Shown in pieces: positions 9,129-18,176 of a stretch of DNA of 60,828 nt (position 1 is its first letter; each line of letters starts with the position of its first letter). A program made the translations under genes and the position numbers. Source of the stretch: Thermoplasmata archaeon (GTDB lineage Archaea > Thermoplasmatota > Thermoplasmata > RBG-16-68-12); assembly GCA_041483635.1 (NCBI GenBank), contig JBGPGA010000001.1, positions 1 through 60,828 of the forward strand. Reading direction: 5' to 3'. Below the pieces are notes generated by a model. It was given only the letters and a program-made list of their open reading frames with translations, had not been told where the DNA came from and ran no database searches.

Positions 9129-9530
9129 TCACCGCACGAGGAACCGCGTGTTGCAGTACGTGCAGGTCGCGACGCCGAACCGGTCCACGTTCTGCGGCGG
9201 GGCACCGCAGTTCGGGCAGTTGAGGGCGATCGGGCCCACCTGGCCCGCGGGGACCATGGGTTGCTGGATCGGAGGCGGCGGGGGGATCCGGGAGCGCGTC
9301 GCCCCCTGGAACGCCGCGAACGCGATCGCGACGATGATGATGAGGAAGAACGCGCAGAACGGCGCGAACAGCACGACGGGCAGACCGCCCATCCCGAACC
9401 CGGAGCCGAGGATGAATATGAAGAAGATCCCGAACACGACCGCGAGGACCAGGGCCACGATGATGCCTGGCGACTGCCATGGGAGCGGCCGCGCAGGCGG
9501 CCAGTACGGCTGCGGGGGCGGCTGGGCCAC
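9129..9530 (-). CDS. membrane protein with 2 TM helices, a proline-rich linker and a C-terminal zinc ribbon
   Basis: Hydrophobic stretches GIIVALVLAVVFGIFFIFIL and LPVVLFAPFCAFFLIIIVAIAFAAF, followed by PPPPPIQQP and then CPNCG-x17-CTYCN. Its stop lies 6 nt upstream of the arrestin-like start, so the two are probably co-transcribed. Confidence 0.65.
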   Translation of the reverse strand: MAQPPPQPYWPPARPLPWQSPGIIVALVLAVVFGIFFIFILGSGFGMGGLPVVLFAPFCAFFLIIIVAIAFAAFQGATRSRIPPPPPIQQPMVPAGQVGPIALNCPNCGAPPQNVDRFGVATCTYCNTRFLVR

Positions 9531-9593
9531 GCATCGGGATGGCGCCGGGGTCTAGATGAAAGCTCCGGGGGCCCGCCGCGTCGCGGAGAGCCC

Positions 9594-10562
9594 TCAGCCC
9601 TTCAGGTCCTTCACCGTGAGCGGCACAATCTGGAGGACGCTGCCTACGATCCCGACATGGGCGATCTCGAAGATGGGCGCGCTCGGGTCCGTGTTGATCG
9701 CGATGATGAGCCCCGCGTCCTTCATCCCGGCCACGTGCTGCATCGCCCCGCTGATCCCGCAGGCGATGTAGAGCTTGGGTCGCACGGTCTTCCCACTCTG
9801 CCCGACCTGGCGCGACTTGGGCAGCCACTCCATATCGGTGAGGGGACGGGAAGCCCCCACGACACCTCCGAGGAGCTTCGCGAACTCCTCGATGACGGGG
9901 AGATTCTCCCTCTTCTGGATGCCGCGTCCCGCGGAGACGATGACGTCCGCCGCGGCGATGTCGATGTCCGCGACCTGAGGTCGCTCAATCCCGAGGAACT
10001 TCTCGCGGATGCTCGAGGCGTCGAGGGCCACGGGGGTCGGCGTGACCTGGCCCCCAGGACTCGGCTCGGCAGGCTTCGTCGTTCCCGGACGCAGGGTGAC
10101 GAGATAGGGCTTCTCGGACGACAGCTCGAACTCGCCCTGGATCTTCTCGTTGAGCAGGCGGCGGGTGACGACGAGCTTGTCACCCTCCAGCCGCACGTCC
10201 ACGCAGTTCGACACGAGGGGCAGGTCCATCGACCCGGCGAGGCCCGGCGCGAGGTCGTATCCCTGGGAGGTGTGGGCGACCAGCACGACGCGCGGACCGA
10301 CCGACTCGATCAGGGAGCGGGCCGCCTGGCCGTAGCCGCCCCCGGTGTACTGCGCGAGGGCCGCGTCGTCCACGTGGAGGACGGGGACGCCGTAGTCCGC
10401 CAGGGTCTGGGCGAGGCCGCCTGCGTCGTGGCCGAAGAGCGCGGCCTTCGCGGCGCCGCCGGACTGCGCCGCGAGTTCGCGTCCCTTCGCGACGATCTCC
10501 AAGGTGGACGGGGCGAGCTTGTCCTCGAAATGCTCGGCCAGGAGAAGGATGTCCTTGCCCAT
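9594..10562 (-). CDS. etfA: electron transfer flavoprotein alpha subunit
   Basis: 322 aa. The C-terminal FAD-binding region reads VVGASRPLTDMEWLPKSRQVGQSGKTVRPKLYIACGISGAMQHVAGM. Confidence 0.9.
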   Translation of the reverse strand: MGKDILLLAEHFEDKLAPSTLEIVAKGRELAAQSGGAAKAALFGHDAGGLAQTLADYGVPVLHVDDAALAQYTGGGYGQAARSLIESVGPRVVLVAHTSQGYDLAPGLAGSMDLPLVSNCVDVRLEGDKLVVTRRLLNEKIQGEFELSSEKPYLVTLRPGTTKPAEPSPGGQVTPTPVALDASSIREKFLGIERPQVADIDIAAADVIVSAGRGIQKRENLPVIEEFAKLLGGVVGASRPLTDMEWLPKSRQVGQSGKTVRPKLYIACGISGAMQHVAGMKDAGLIIAINTDPSAPIFEIAHVGIVGSVLQIVPLTVKDLKG

Positions 10563-10566
10563 GCCC

Positions 10567-11364
10567 TCACCTCCGTACGAAGCCCTTCTCGCGAAGCATC
10601 TGGGCGAGCTTCTTCGCCTGCTCCTCGGGACTCCCCGAGATCATCGTCGCGTGGCCTTTCGCCTCCGGCGGGGAGAACCTGCGGACCGCGAACGCGTACG
10701 GCGTCGAGATCGCGTCCCAGCCGGCGAGGCCGAGGGCCGCCGGCGTGATCTCCTTGATCGGCTGCCGCGACGCCTTCATGATCGCAGGGAGGGGTGCGTA
10801 TCGCGGCACGTTCGCACCGAACTGGATCGAGACCAGCGCGGGGAGCGGCAGGGAGTAGCGACGGGAGAGGCCGCCCTCGAGCTCGCTCCACACCTCGATG
10901 CCGGTTCCCTGGACGTCGACCTTCGTGACGACGCTCACATGGGCCAGGTGGAGCAAGCCTGCCAGGAGCGCCCCGGTCGCGGAGTTCACGAGGTCGTCCG
11001 ACTGGACGCCCGTGAGGACGAGATCGTGGGGCAGCGTCTTGATCGCCGCGGCGAGGACCCGCGCCGTCTTGCCGACATCGTACCCGCCGACGTCCTCGTA
11101 CGAGATGCGGACGGCCTCGTCCGCGCCCTTCGCGAGGGCCTCGCGGAGCATGGAGTCCGCTCGCTTCGGGCCGACGGTCACGGCGACAACGCGGCCGCCG
11201 TGTTTCTCCTTGATCCGCACAGCCTCCTCGAGGGCATACTCGTCGGACCCGTTTGTCTTGTAATTCAGGGTCTCGCGCTTGATGTCCTTCCCGCTCGGGG
11301 CCACGGAGAACTGGAGGTCCGGATTGGGTATCTGCTTCAGGCAGACCACGAGGTTGAGGGGCAT
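10567..11364 (-). CDS. etfB: electron transfer flavoprotein beta subunit
   Basis: 265 aa starting MPLNLVVCLKQIPNP, with NGSDEYALEEAVRIKEKHGG..VVAVTVGP. It lies 4 nt upstream of etfA. Confidence 0.9.
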   Translation of the reverse strand: MPLNLVVCLKQIPNPDLQFSVAPSGKDIKRETLNYKTNGSDEYALEEAVRIKEKHGGRVVAVTVGPKRADSMLREALAKGADEAVRISYEDVGGYDVGKTARVLAAAIKTLPHDLVLTGVQSDDLVNSATGALLAGLLHLAHVSVVTKVDVQGTGIEVWSELEGGLSRRYSLPLPALVSIQFGANVPRYAPLPAIMKASRQPIKEITPAALGLAGWDAISTPYAFAVRRFSPPEAKGHATMISGSPEEQAKKLAQMLREKGFVRR

Positions 11365-11387
11365 GCGAACGTGCGTAGGAACGGACG

Positions 11388-11397
11388 CTATTTAACC
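11388..11397 (-). promoter_or_regulatory. TATA-like box (GGTTAAATAG on the minus strand) for etfBA
   Basis: Centred about 29 nt upstream of the etfB ATG at 11364, which implies a leaderless or very short-leader mRNA. Confidence 0.45.
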
Positions 11398-11498
11398 GTG
11401 TCGCGGAGGCGCCTTTGTCGAAACCGCGGCGAGCCCGCTCGGGCCTCGACACGCTGAAAAGAGGGAAGGGGGGCCTCGCGGCCCCTGGGTTTTCCTGC

Positions 11499-12767
11499 CT
11501 ACGGGTAAATGCCGCGCCACTTGTACGCTTCGGCGACGCGGTTGATCGCGACCATGTACGCCGCCTGGCGCAGGTCGCACTTCTTCTCGTCGTGCATCTT
11601 CCAGACCGCGTCGAACGCGCGGACCATGACGCCCTCGAGTTTCGCGTCGACCTCGGGCTTCGTCCAGAAGAAGTTCGCGAGATCCTGGACCCACTCGAAG
11701 TAGGACACGGTCACGCCGCCGCCGTTCGCCAGGATATCCGGGATCACGAGGACGCCCTTCTTGTAGAGAATGTCGTCCGCCTCGGGGGTCGTCGGGCCGT
11801 TCGCGCACTCCGCGCTGATCTTCGCCTTGATGCGACCGGCGTTCTCCGAGGTGATCTGGTTCTCCAGGGCCGCGGGGGACAGGATGTCCACGGCGAGCTC
11901 GAGGAGCTCCTCGTTCGTGATCTTCTTCGTCCCGGGGAAGCCGACGACGGAACCGGCCTTCTCCTTGTACACCAACACTTCCTTCGGGTCGAAGCCCTTC
12001 TCGCTGTAGATGCCACCCTTGCTGTCCGAGACGGCGACGACTTTGGCGCCGTACTCGTCCTGCATGAGGCGCGCGTAGTGGTACCCGGCGTTGCCGAATC
12101 CCTGGACCGCGACCGTCGCGCCCTTCAGGTTCAGCTTGATCTTCTTCGCGGCCTCGCGGGTTGTGTACACGGCGCCGCGGGCCGTGGCCTCGTCGCGACC
12201 GAGCGACCCGCCGATGGCAATCGGCTTGCCCGTGACGACGCCGGACACGACGTAGCCTTTGTGCATGGAGATTGTGTCCATGATCCAGGCCATCGTCTGG
12301 CCGTCCGTGTAGACGTCCGGAGCGGGGATGTCCTTCTCGGGGCCGATGATGATCGAGATCTCGGACGCATACCGGCGGGTCATGCGTTCGTTCTCCGCTT
12401 TCGACATCTCCTTGGGGTTGCAGATGATGCCGCCCTTCGCGCCACCGTAGGGGATGTCCATGACCGCGCACTTCCACGTCATCCAACAGGCGAGGGCTCG
12501 AACCTCATCGATGCTGACGTTCCAGTGGTAACGGATGCCCCCCTTGAATGGCCCGCGGGCATCGTTGTACTGCACGCGGTATCCGGTGAAGACCTTGACG
12601 GATCCGTCATCCATCTTCACGGGGAAGTTCACGTGGAGTTCGCGCTTCGGGTGTTTGAGGAGGTTTAGCAGTCCGGGATCAAGGTTCAGTCTCTTTCCGG
12701 CCCGGTCGATCTGCTCTTTGGCGACCTCAAAGGGGTTCAGAGATTCCTTCGGTTTTGGCATAGACAC
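11499..12767 (-). CDS. gdhA: glutamate dehydrogenase
   Basis: 422 aa with GPFKGGIRYH, PYGGAKGGI and VAVQGFGNAGYH (Glu/Leu/Phe/Val dehydrogenase family). A GGAGGTG Shine-Dalgarno-like element lies 5 nt before the ATG. Confidence 0.9.
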   Translation of the reverse strand: MSMPKPKESLNPFEVAKEQIDRAGKRLNLDPGLLNLLKHPKRELHVNFPVKMDDGSVKVFTGYRVQYNDARGPFKGGIRYHWNVSIDEVRALACWMTWKCAVMDIPYGGAKGGIICNPKEMSKAENERMTRRYASEISIIIGPEKDIPAPDVYTDGQTMAWIMDTISMHKGYVVSGVVTGKPIAIGGSLGRDEATARGAVYTTREAAKKIKLNLKGATVAVQGFGNAGYHYARLMQDEYGAKVVAVSDSKGGIYSEKGFDPKEVLVYKEKAGSVVGFPGTKKITNEELLELAVDILSPAALENQITSENAGRIKAKISAECANGPTTPEADDILYKKGVLVIPDILANGGGVTVSYFEWVQDLANFFWTKPEVDAKLEGVMVRAFDAVWKMHDEKKCDLRQAAYMVAINRVAEAYKWRGIYP

Positions 12768-12874
12768 ACCTCCCGGACATCACACGTGGATATCGGGAGT
12801 GGGCGCGAGTAGGGGTGCCCCCTTTTAAGTCTTTATGTCAGTGAGTATTGTCTGGGGGTAATGGCGCCTATCGG

Positions 12875-13870
12875 CTAACGGGACCCAGCCCCAGTGTCAT
12901 ATTCTGTCACGTCGACGACGTTGCGGGGCGTCTCGCCACGCAGGAATCGGAGGACGTTCTCCACGGCGGCCTCCATGGCCCAGCGACGTTGCATCGGGAT
13001 CGCGTTCGCGTTGTGCGGCGTCATGACGACGTTCGGGAGCTCGTGGAAGGGACGGTGAAACGGCCGTCCGGACGTGCCCTCGGGGTAGACCCACCACACA
13101 TCGAGGGCGGCCCGGAACCTCGCGTGGGTTCGGAGGTGCTCGAACAGATCGTCCTCGAGGACGAGCTTTCCGCGGGCGATGTTCACGAGGACCGCGTCGT
13201 CCTTCATCGCCGCGAGGAAGCGGGCGTCGACGAGACCCTTCGTCTCCGCGGTCAGAGGCAGCGCGATCACGACGTAGTCCGCACAGGGCAGGAGCCGCGG
13301 GAGGTCCGCGAGGCGCCCACCCTCATCGGCGGGCGGGACGACGGCGCCGGTCCGGCTCACGCCGACCACGCGCATGTGGAAGGACTTGCACACGGTCGCG
13401 ACCATGGTTCCGATCCCGCCCATCCCGAGGATGAGGACGATCGACCCCGCGAGCGTCTTGCTCGGCGCATTCTGGTCGAACACGCCGGAAGTGATCTCGC
13501 GGGTCCGCTGCGGGACATCCTTCGCGGCGGCGAGCAGGAGCGCCATCGCGTGCTCCCCGACGGACGTGTTGTAGGCACCCGCGTTCCCGCAGAGGAGGAG
13601 GGACCTCGGGAGGATCGGGAAGGGAAGATGGTCGACGCCCGCGACGAGGGTCTGGAGCATCCGCAGGCGCGGCGCGCGGACGGCGAGGTCTGGGGGGATC
13701 TCGCGGCCGAACCCCGTCGTGACGAGAATCTCGGCCTCGGCCCAGGCCGCGTCCCGCTCTGATTCCGGGAGGTCCTGGAGGATCACGGCCTCGAACCCGG
13801 CGTGGCCCTTCTCGGTGAGGACCGCCCGGCGTTCCGCGTCCATCGCGCAGCTGAACAGCACACGGGCCAT
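12875..13870 (-). CDS. D-isomer-specific 2-hydroxyacid dehydrogenase family protein
   Basis: NAD-binding motif GSIVLILGMGGIGTMVA..RVVGVSR, then LVNIARGKLV and a C-terminal TPHNA catalytic His region. Confidence 0.8.
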   Translation of the reverse strand: MARVLFSCAMDAERRAVLTEKGHAGFEAVILQDLPESERDAAWAEAEILVTTGFGREIPPDLAVRAPRLRMLQTLVAGVDHLPFPILPRSLLLCGNAGAYNTSVGEHAMALLLAAAKDVPQRTREITSGVFDQNAPSKTLAGSIVLILGMGGIGTMVATVCKSFHMRVVGVSRTGAVVPPADEGGRLADLPRLLPCADYVVIALPLTAETKGLVDARFLAAMKDDAVLVNIARGKLVLEDDLFEHLRTHARFRAALDVWWVYPEGTSGRPFHRPFHELPNVVMTPHNANAIPMQRRWAMEAAVENVLRFLRGETPRNVVDVTEYDTGAGSR

Positions 13871-13926
13871 CGGCGTCCCGGTAGCCGCACGGGCACTTGT
13901 CCCTTTCGCCGCTCACGCGGGCGGGG

Positions 13927-16293
13927 TCAGCACTCCGAATACCCGCAGGAGTGGCACTTCACGCAGCCCTCCTCGTAGACGAGCTGCTTCCCGCACTCCG
14001 GGCATTCGGGGTTCAGGCCCTTCTTGAGCATCTCCTCGACGTCGCGGGACTCCTTCTCCAGCTCGACGTCCGTCTCGACGGCGCCGCCGAGCTCGTCGTA
14101 CGTCTCGACGGGCGGCACGATGCCCGTCTTCTGCATCCCAATGTGCCGCTTGATCGCCCTCGCGATCGCGTCGGGGATCGAGTACACCCGCTCCCCGTGA
14201 TCAACGGCGATCCGCGGGCTGCGGATCCCCTCGAGCTGGTCGATGATCTCGTCGACCGGGACGCCGGACCGGAGGCAGAGGGAGACGAGGCGCGCAATCC
14301 CCTCCGTGAAGGAGGCCGTGTAGCCGCCCCCGCGGCCGATCTGGGCGAAGATCTCGAACAGACCCTTGTCGTCCTCGTTGACCGTGACGTACAGGGCGCC
14401 GTATCCCGTCAGGATTTTCTGCGTGCGGCCCGTAATCACGTCGGGGCGGGCCCGCGGGCGGAGGGCGATCGGGGCCTCGGGGACGCCGACCTTGATCCCC
14501 TTCGCACTCTCGGCCTCCGAGACGCCGATGTTCATGACCTGGTCCTCCCGCGAGCCGTCGCGGTACACGGTGATGCCCTTGCACTTCAGGTCGAACGCGA
14601 GGAGGTACGCCTTCTTGACGTCCTCCGCGGTCGCCTCCCTGGGCAGGTTGATCGTCTTCGACACGGCCGCGTCGCAGTAGTCCTGGAAGGCCGCTTGCAT
14701 GCGCACGTGCCACTCCGGCGCGACGTCGTGGGCGGTCGCGAAGACCCGCTGCCAGTTCTCCGGGATGTCTGCGAGCCCGCGCGGGGAGCCGTGGTTCTCC
14801 AGGATTTTCTGGACGAGGTCCTCCCGCCAGAATCCTTCCCGCCGCGCGACCTCCTCGAAGTACTCGAGGAAATAAGGGAGCTCCTCGCCGTCCATGACCC
14901 GCTTGAACCAGATTAGGCTGAACTCGGGTTCACAGCCGCCGGAGGTGTCCGCGATCATCGAGAGGGTGCCCGTCGGCGCGACCGTGGTTACGTAGGAGTT
15001 CCGCATCTTGAGGCCCTGTTCCCAATGGCGGCTCCCCTCCCAGGCCGGGTACACGCCGCGCTCCGATGCGAGCGTCTGGCTCTCCTCGTATCCCGTCTCG
15101 TGGATGAATTTCATGACCTTCCGGCCCCACTCGACGCCCTCAGGGCCGTCGTAGGGGACCTCGAGCATGAACAGCATGCGCGCGAAGCCCATGACGCCCA
15201 GGCCGATCTTCCGCGTGGCCTTCGTCATCTCCTCGATTTCCTTGACCGGGTAGGCGTTCATGTCGATGACGTTGTCCAGCATGCGGACGGTCGCGCGGAT
15301 CGTCGCCTCGAGCTTCTTCCAGTCGACCTCCCATCGGCCGCGCTTCCCGCGGGCCATGTGCTTCTCGAGGTTGATCGACCCGAGGTTGCAGGATTCGAAA
15401 GGCAGGAGCGGCTGTTCGCCGCACGGGTTCGTCGCCTCCATCATCCCCACGTTCGGCGTCGACTGCCTCCGGTTCGTCTCGTCGACGAGGAACAGGCCGG
15501 GTTCGCCGTTCTTCCAGGCCTGGTAGGCGATCTTGTCGAAGACCTCGCGCGCGTCGAGCTTCTTCACGGCCTGCTTGTTCCGCGGGTTCACGAGGTCGTA
15601 CGTCGTCCCCTCCTTGACGGCCTCCATGAACTTGTCCGTGACGGCCACGGAGATGTTGAAGTTCGTGATCTCGGAGGTCTTGTCTTTGCAGGTGATGAAC
15701 TCGAGGATGTCCGGGTGGTCGACGCGGAGGATGCCCATGTTCGCACCCCGCCTCTTGCCTCCTTGCTTCACCTGCTGGGTCGCCTCGTCGAAGATCTTCA
15801 TGAACGAGACGGGGCCCGAGGCCACGCCCATCGTCGACTTGACGAAGTCGCCCTTGGGCCGAAGGCGCGAGAACGAGAAGCCGGTTCCACCGCCGGACTG
15901 GTGGATGAGCGCCTGCTGCTTGAGCGCCTCAAAGATCCCCGCGAGGCTGTCGTCGACGGGCAGGACGAAGCAGGCGCTCAGCTGCTGCAGCTCAAGCCCC
16001 GCGTTCATCAGGGTAGGACTGTTCGGCAGGAACTCGAGATTGGCCATGAGCCGGTAGAAGCGGCGGGCCGTCTCCTCGACGCGTGCCTCGTTGGCGCCGT
16101 AATAGCGTTCGGCCTGGGCGAGGTTCCAGGCGACTCGGACGAACAGCTCCTTCGGGGTCTCGGTCGTCTTGTTCTGGTCATCCCGCTTCAAGTAGCGCTT
16201 TTCGAGGACCCGGAGGGCGTTCTCGGTCAGCTTGGGATCGGGCTCACGGGCGAGGACGTCGATGCCCTTCGATTCAACTTTCATCTGCTCCAT
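13927..16293 (-). CDS. nrdJ: adenosylcobalamin-dependent (class II) ribonucleotide reductase with a C-terminal zinc ribbon
   Basis: NALRVLEKRYL, LPNSPTLMNAG, NPCGEQPL and the C-terminal CPECG..CVKCHSCG. ATG 16293 has a GGAGAGGT Shine-Dalgarno-like element upstream. An in-frame ATG at 16350 is an alternative start. Confidence 0.88.
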   Translation of the reverse strand: MEQMKVESKGIDVLAREPDPKLTENALRVLEKRYLKRDDQNKTTETPKELFVRVAWNLAQAERYYGANEARVEETARRFYRLMANLEFLPNSPTLMNAGLELQQLSACFVLPVDDSLAGIFEALKQQALIHQSGGGTGFSFSRLRPKGDFVKSTMGVASGPVSFMKIFDEATQQVKQGGKRRGANMGILRVDHPDILEFITCKDKTSEITNFNISVAVTDKFMEAVKEGTTYDLVNPRNKQAVKKLDAREVFDKIAYQAWKNGEPGLFLVDETNRRQSTPNVGMMEATNPCGEQPLLPFESCNLGSINLEKHMARGKRGRWEVDWKKLEATIRATVRMLDNVIDMNAYPVKEIEEMTKATRKIGLGVMGFARMLFMLEVPYDGPEGVEWGRKVMKFIHETGYEESQTLASERGVYPAWEGSRHWEQGLKMRNSYVTTVAPTGTLSMIADTSGGCEPEFSLIWFKRVMDGEELPYFLEYFEEVARREGFWREDLVQKILENHGSPRGLADIPENWQRVFATAHDVAPEWHVRMQAAFQDYCDAAVSKTINLPREATAEDVKKAYLLAFDLKCKGITVYRDGSREDQVMNIGVSEAESAKGIKVGVPEAPIALRPRARPDVITGRTQKILTGYGALYVTVNEDDKGLFEIFAQIGRGGGYTASFTEGIARLVSLCLRSGVPVDEIIDQLEGIRSPRIAVDHGERVYSIPDAIARAIKRHIGMQKTGIVPPVETYDELGGAVETDVELEKESRDVEEMLKKGLNPECPECGKQLVYEEGCVKCHSCGYSEC

Positions 16294-16534
16294 GGGAAGA
16301 ACCTCTCCAGACGGGGTTCGGTGACGGATGGGCCAGTCGTTACGGACCATCCCTGGGGGTGGGCGCGGCGAACAGGGTGAGGGGGTATAGTTCTTTTTGA
16401 AGCCTGTCTGTTACCAGCAGCCCGGGATTCCTTTACCATGTTTGTTACCAGATGCCCTCGGGAACGCGGTCAAACCCCTTAAGGATGCGGCCGTCACGGT
16501 TCGGTTATCCGAAATCCCTCCATAGGGAGAGGGT

Positions 16535-17710
16535 TCACAGGAAAGGCAGGCGGGCCACCTGCGCGGGATGGGGCGTGCCTCGGATGTCGACCTCGACTCG
16601 ACTTCCGATCGCCCCGTGCGCGGGGTCGACCGAGGCAAGGGCAATCCCCACGCGGAGGGACGGGGATTGCGTGCCGCTCGTCACGTGTCCGATTGGCGCG
16701 CCGCCCGCGAAGACTCCGCACCCGTGCCGCGGGATCCCGCGGTCCAGGAGCTTCAACCCGACGAGGCGGGGGTAGTCGTCCCGCGACCGTTGCGCCTCGA
16801 GGGTCACGCGCCCCGTGAAGGGGCGGTCCCACTTCACGATCCACGCACAGTTGACCTCGAGCGGGGTCTGGGTGCCGGTAAAATCCTGTCCCGAGAGGAT
16901 ATACCCCTTTTCCAGGCGCAGGGTGTCTCGGGCGCCCAGCCCGATGGGGCGAATGCCCATGTCGGCACCGGCCGCGAGCAAGGCCTCCCAGATCCCCCGC
17001 CCCACCGTTGCGGGTGGAAAGAGTTCGAAACCGGCCTCCCCCGTGTACCCGGTCCGAGTCGCGAGGAAACGGACTCCACCGGAAGCGGGGGTGGGTTGCA
17101 ATCCCGAGGCGGCGGCCATCAGGTCGTCCTGAAGCGGGGACCCCCACCCCTCCGTTTCCACTGCAGGGCCTCCGTCGGGAGGCGCGAAATCGAGGACGGC
17201 GCCCCAGAATGGCTTCACCATGCCCAGGTCGGCGGAGGTGAACCGCTGGAGCAGGGCCGGGGCTTGCGGACCCTGGAGCGCGAGGCATAGGTGCGACCAG
17301 GTCAGGTCGTCGATCCGCACGTCTGCGGGGCGATGGGCGTGGAGCCACGCGAGCACCGCGGGACGCGGGCCCGCGTTGCACACGACGAAGAACCGATCGG
17401 CGGAAAGGGTGGTGACGATGAGGTCGTCGATGGTCGTTCCATCCTCCCGCAGGAGATGGGTGTAACGCGCCCGCCCGGGCATCGTCGCGATGTCGTTCGC
17501 GCTGAGCCCGTCGAGGAACCGGTGCGCGGAGGCACCCTGGATGAGGAGCTTGCCCATGTGGCTCACGTCGAAGAATCCAACGGCCCGCCGCACGGTGAGG
17601 TGTTCGTCGACGATTCCGGAATACTGCAGGGGCATCTCCCATCCGCCGAACTCGATCATGCGAGCGGCCGCGGCGACGTGCCAATCGTAGAGCGGCGTCC
17701 GGAAGGACAT
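16535..17710 (-). CDS. gcvT: glycine cleavage system aminomethyltransferase (T protein)
   Basis: MSFRTPLYDWH..GGWEMPLQY..EHLTVRRAVGFFDVSHMGK. I prefer ATG 17710 to the upstream ORF start at 17764. Confidence 0.88.
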   Translation of the reverse strand: MSFRTPLYDWHVAAAARMIEFGGWEMPLQYSGIVDEHLTVRRAVGFFDVSHMGKLLIQGASAHRFLDGLSANDIATMPGRARYTHLLREDGTTIDDLIVTTLSADRFFVVCNAGPRPAVLAWLHAHRPADVRIDDLTWSHLCLALQGPQAPALLQRFTSADLGMVKPFWGAVLDFAPPDGGPAVETEGWGSPLQDDLMAAASGLQPTPASGGVRFLATRTGYTGEAGFELFPPATVGRGIWEALLAAGADMGIRPIGLGARDTLRLEKGYILSGQDFTGTQTPLEVNCAWIVKWDRPFTGRVTLEAQRSRDDYPRLVGLKLLDRGIPRHGCGVFAGGAPIGHVTSGTQSPSLRVGIALASVDPAHGAIGSRVEVDIRGTPHPAQVARLPFL

Positions 17711-17798
17711 GGGACGGGAGAGGAAATGCAAGCCCGGGGGTTGAACCTTGGCTCCTGCGGGCAAAGCTTATGCCAGACGTGCCCATAGCCCGCGGCGC

Positions 17799-18176
17799 AT
17801 GGTCTCCCTGAGGGATCTCCGGTACGAGCTGAGCACGCTCGTCTTCGGACTGGGCATCCTCAGCATGGTCCTGTCAATCACATACTGGCTCCTCCCGAAC
17901 CAGACCCCGGACTGGTTGAAGAGCGTCAACAACGCGATCGGGAACTGGATGATCTGGGTGGCCTTCCTCGGGTTCCTCGCCCTCCTCAGCGGGGGCTATT
18001 ACTTCATCGACACGATCCGCAAGGAGCGGGAGTTCGACCGCCTCGTGACGACGACGTCGAAGGAAATCTTCGTCAAGAACCAGAAGAGGATCGAGGAGCT
18101 CGCCTACTACCACCTCCCCTCTTCCTATGAGAAGCGGTACCAGGCGAAACGGAAGGAGTTCCGCATCAAGAGCTGA
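17799..18176 (+). CDS. small membrane protein (2 TM), function unknown
   Basis: TM segments LSTLVFGLGILSMVLSITYWLL and WMIWVAFLGFLALLSGGYYFI. The box AAAGCTTATG lies about 31 nt before ATG 17799. The 3' end overlaps hflX by 11 nt. Confidence 0.6.
   Translation: MVSLRDLRYELSTLVFGLGILSMVLSITYWLLPNQTPDWLKSVNNAIGNWMIWVAFLGFLALLSGGYYFIDTIRKEREFDRLVTTTSKEIFVKNQKRIEELAYYHLPSSYEKRYQAKRKEFRIKS

Noticed and set aside
8262-10748. 828-aa plus-strand ORF, the longest in the track
   Set aside because: It is an Arg/Asp/Glu/Pro-rich low-complexity translation lying antisense to four well-supported minus-strand genes: the arrestin-like gene, the zinc-ribbon membrane protein gene, etfA and etfB.
16351-16534. 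A cobalamin riboswitch or other ncRNA upstream of the B12-dependent RNR
   Set aside because: I could not see the conserved B12-box or its pairing architecture, and riboswitches of this class are not established in archaea. Only direct repeats and a simple hairpin are present; these are reported separately as a low-interest finding.
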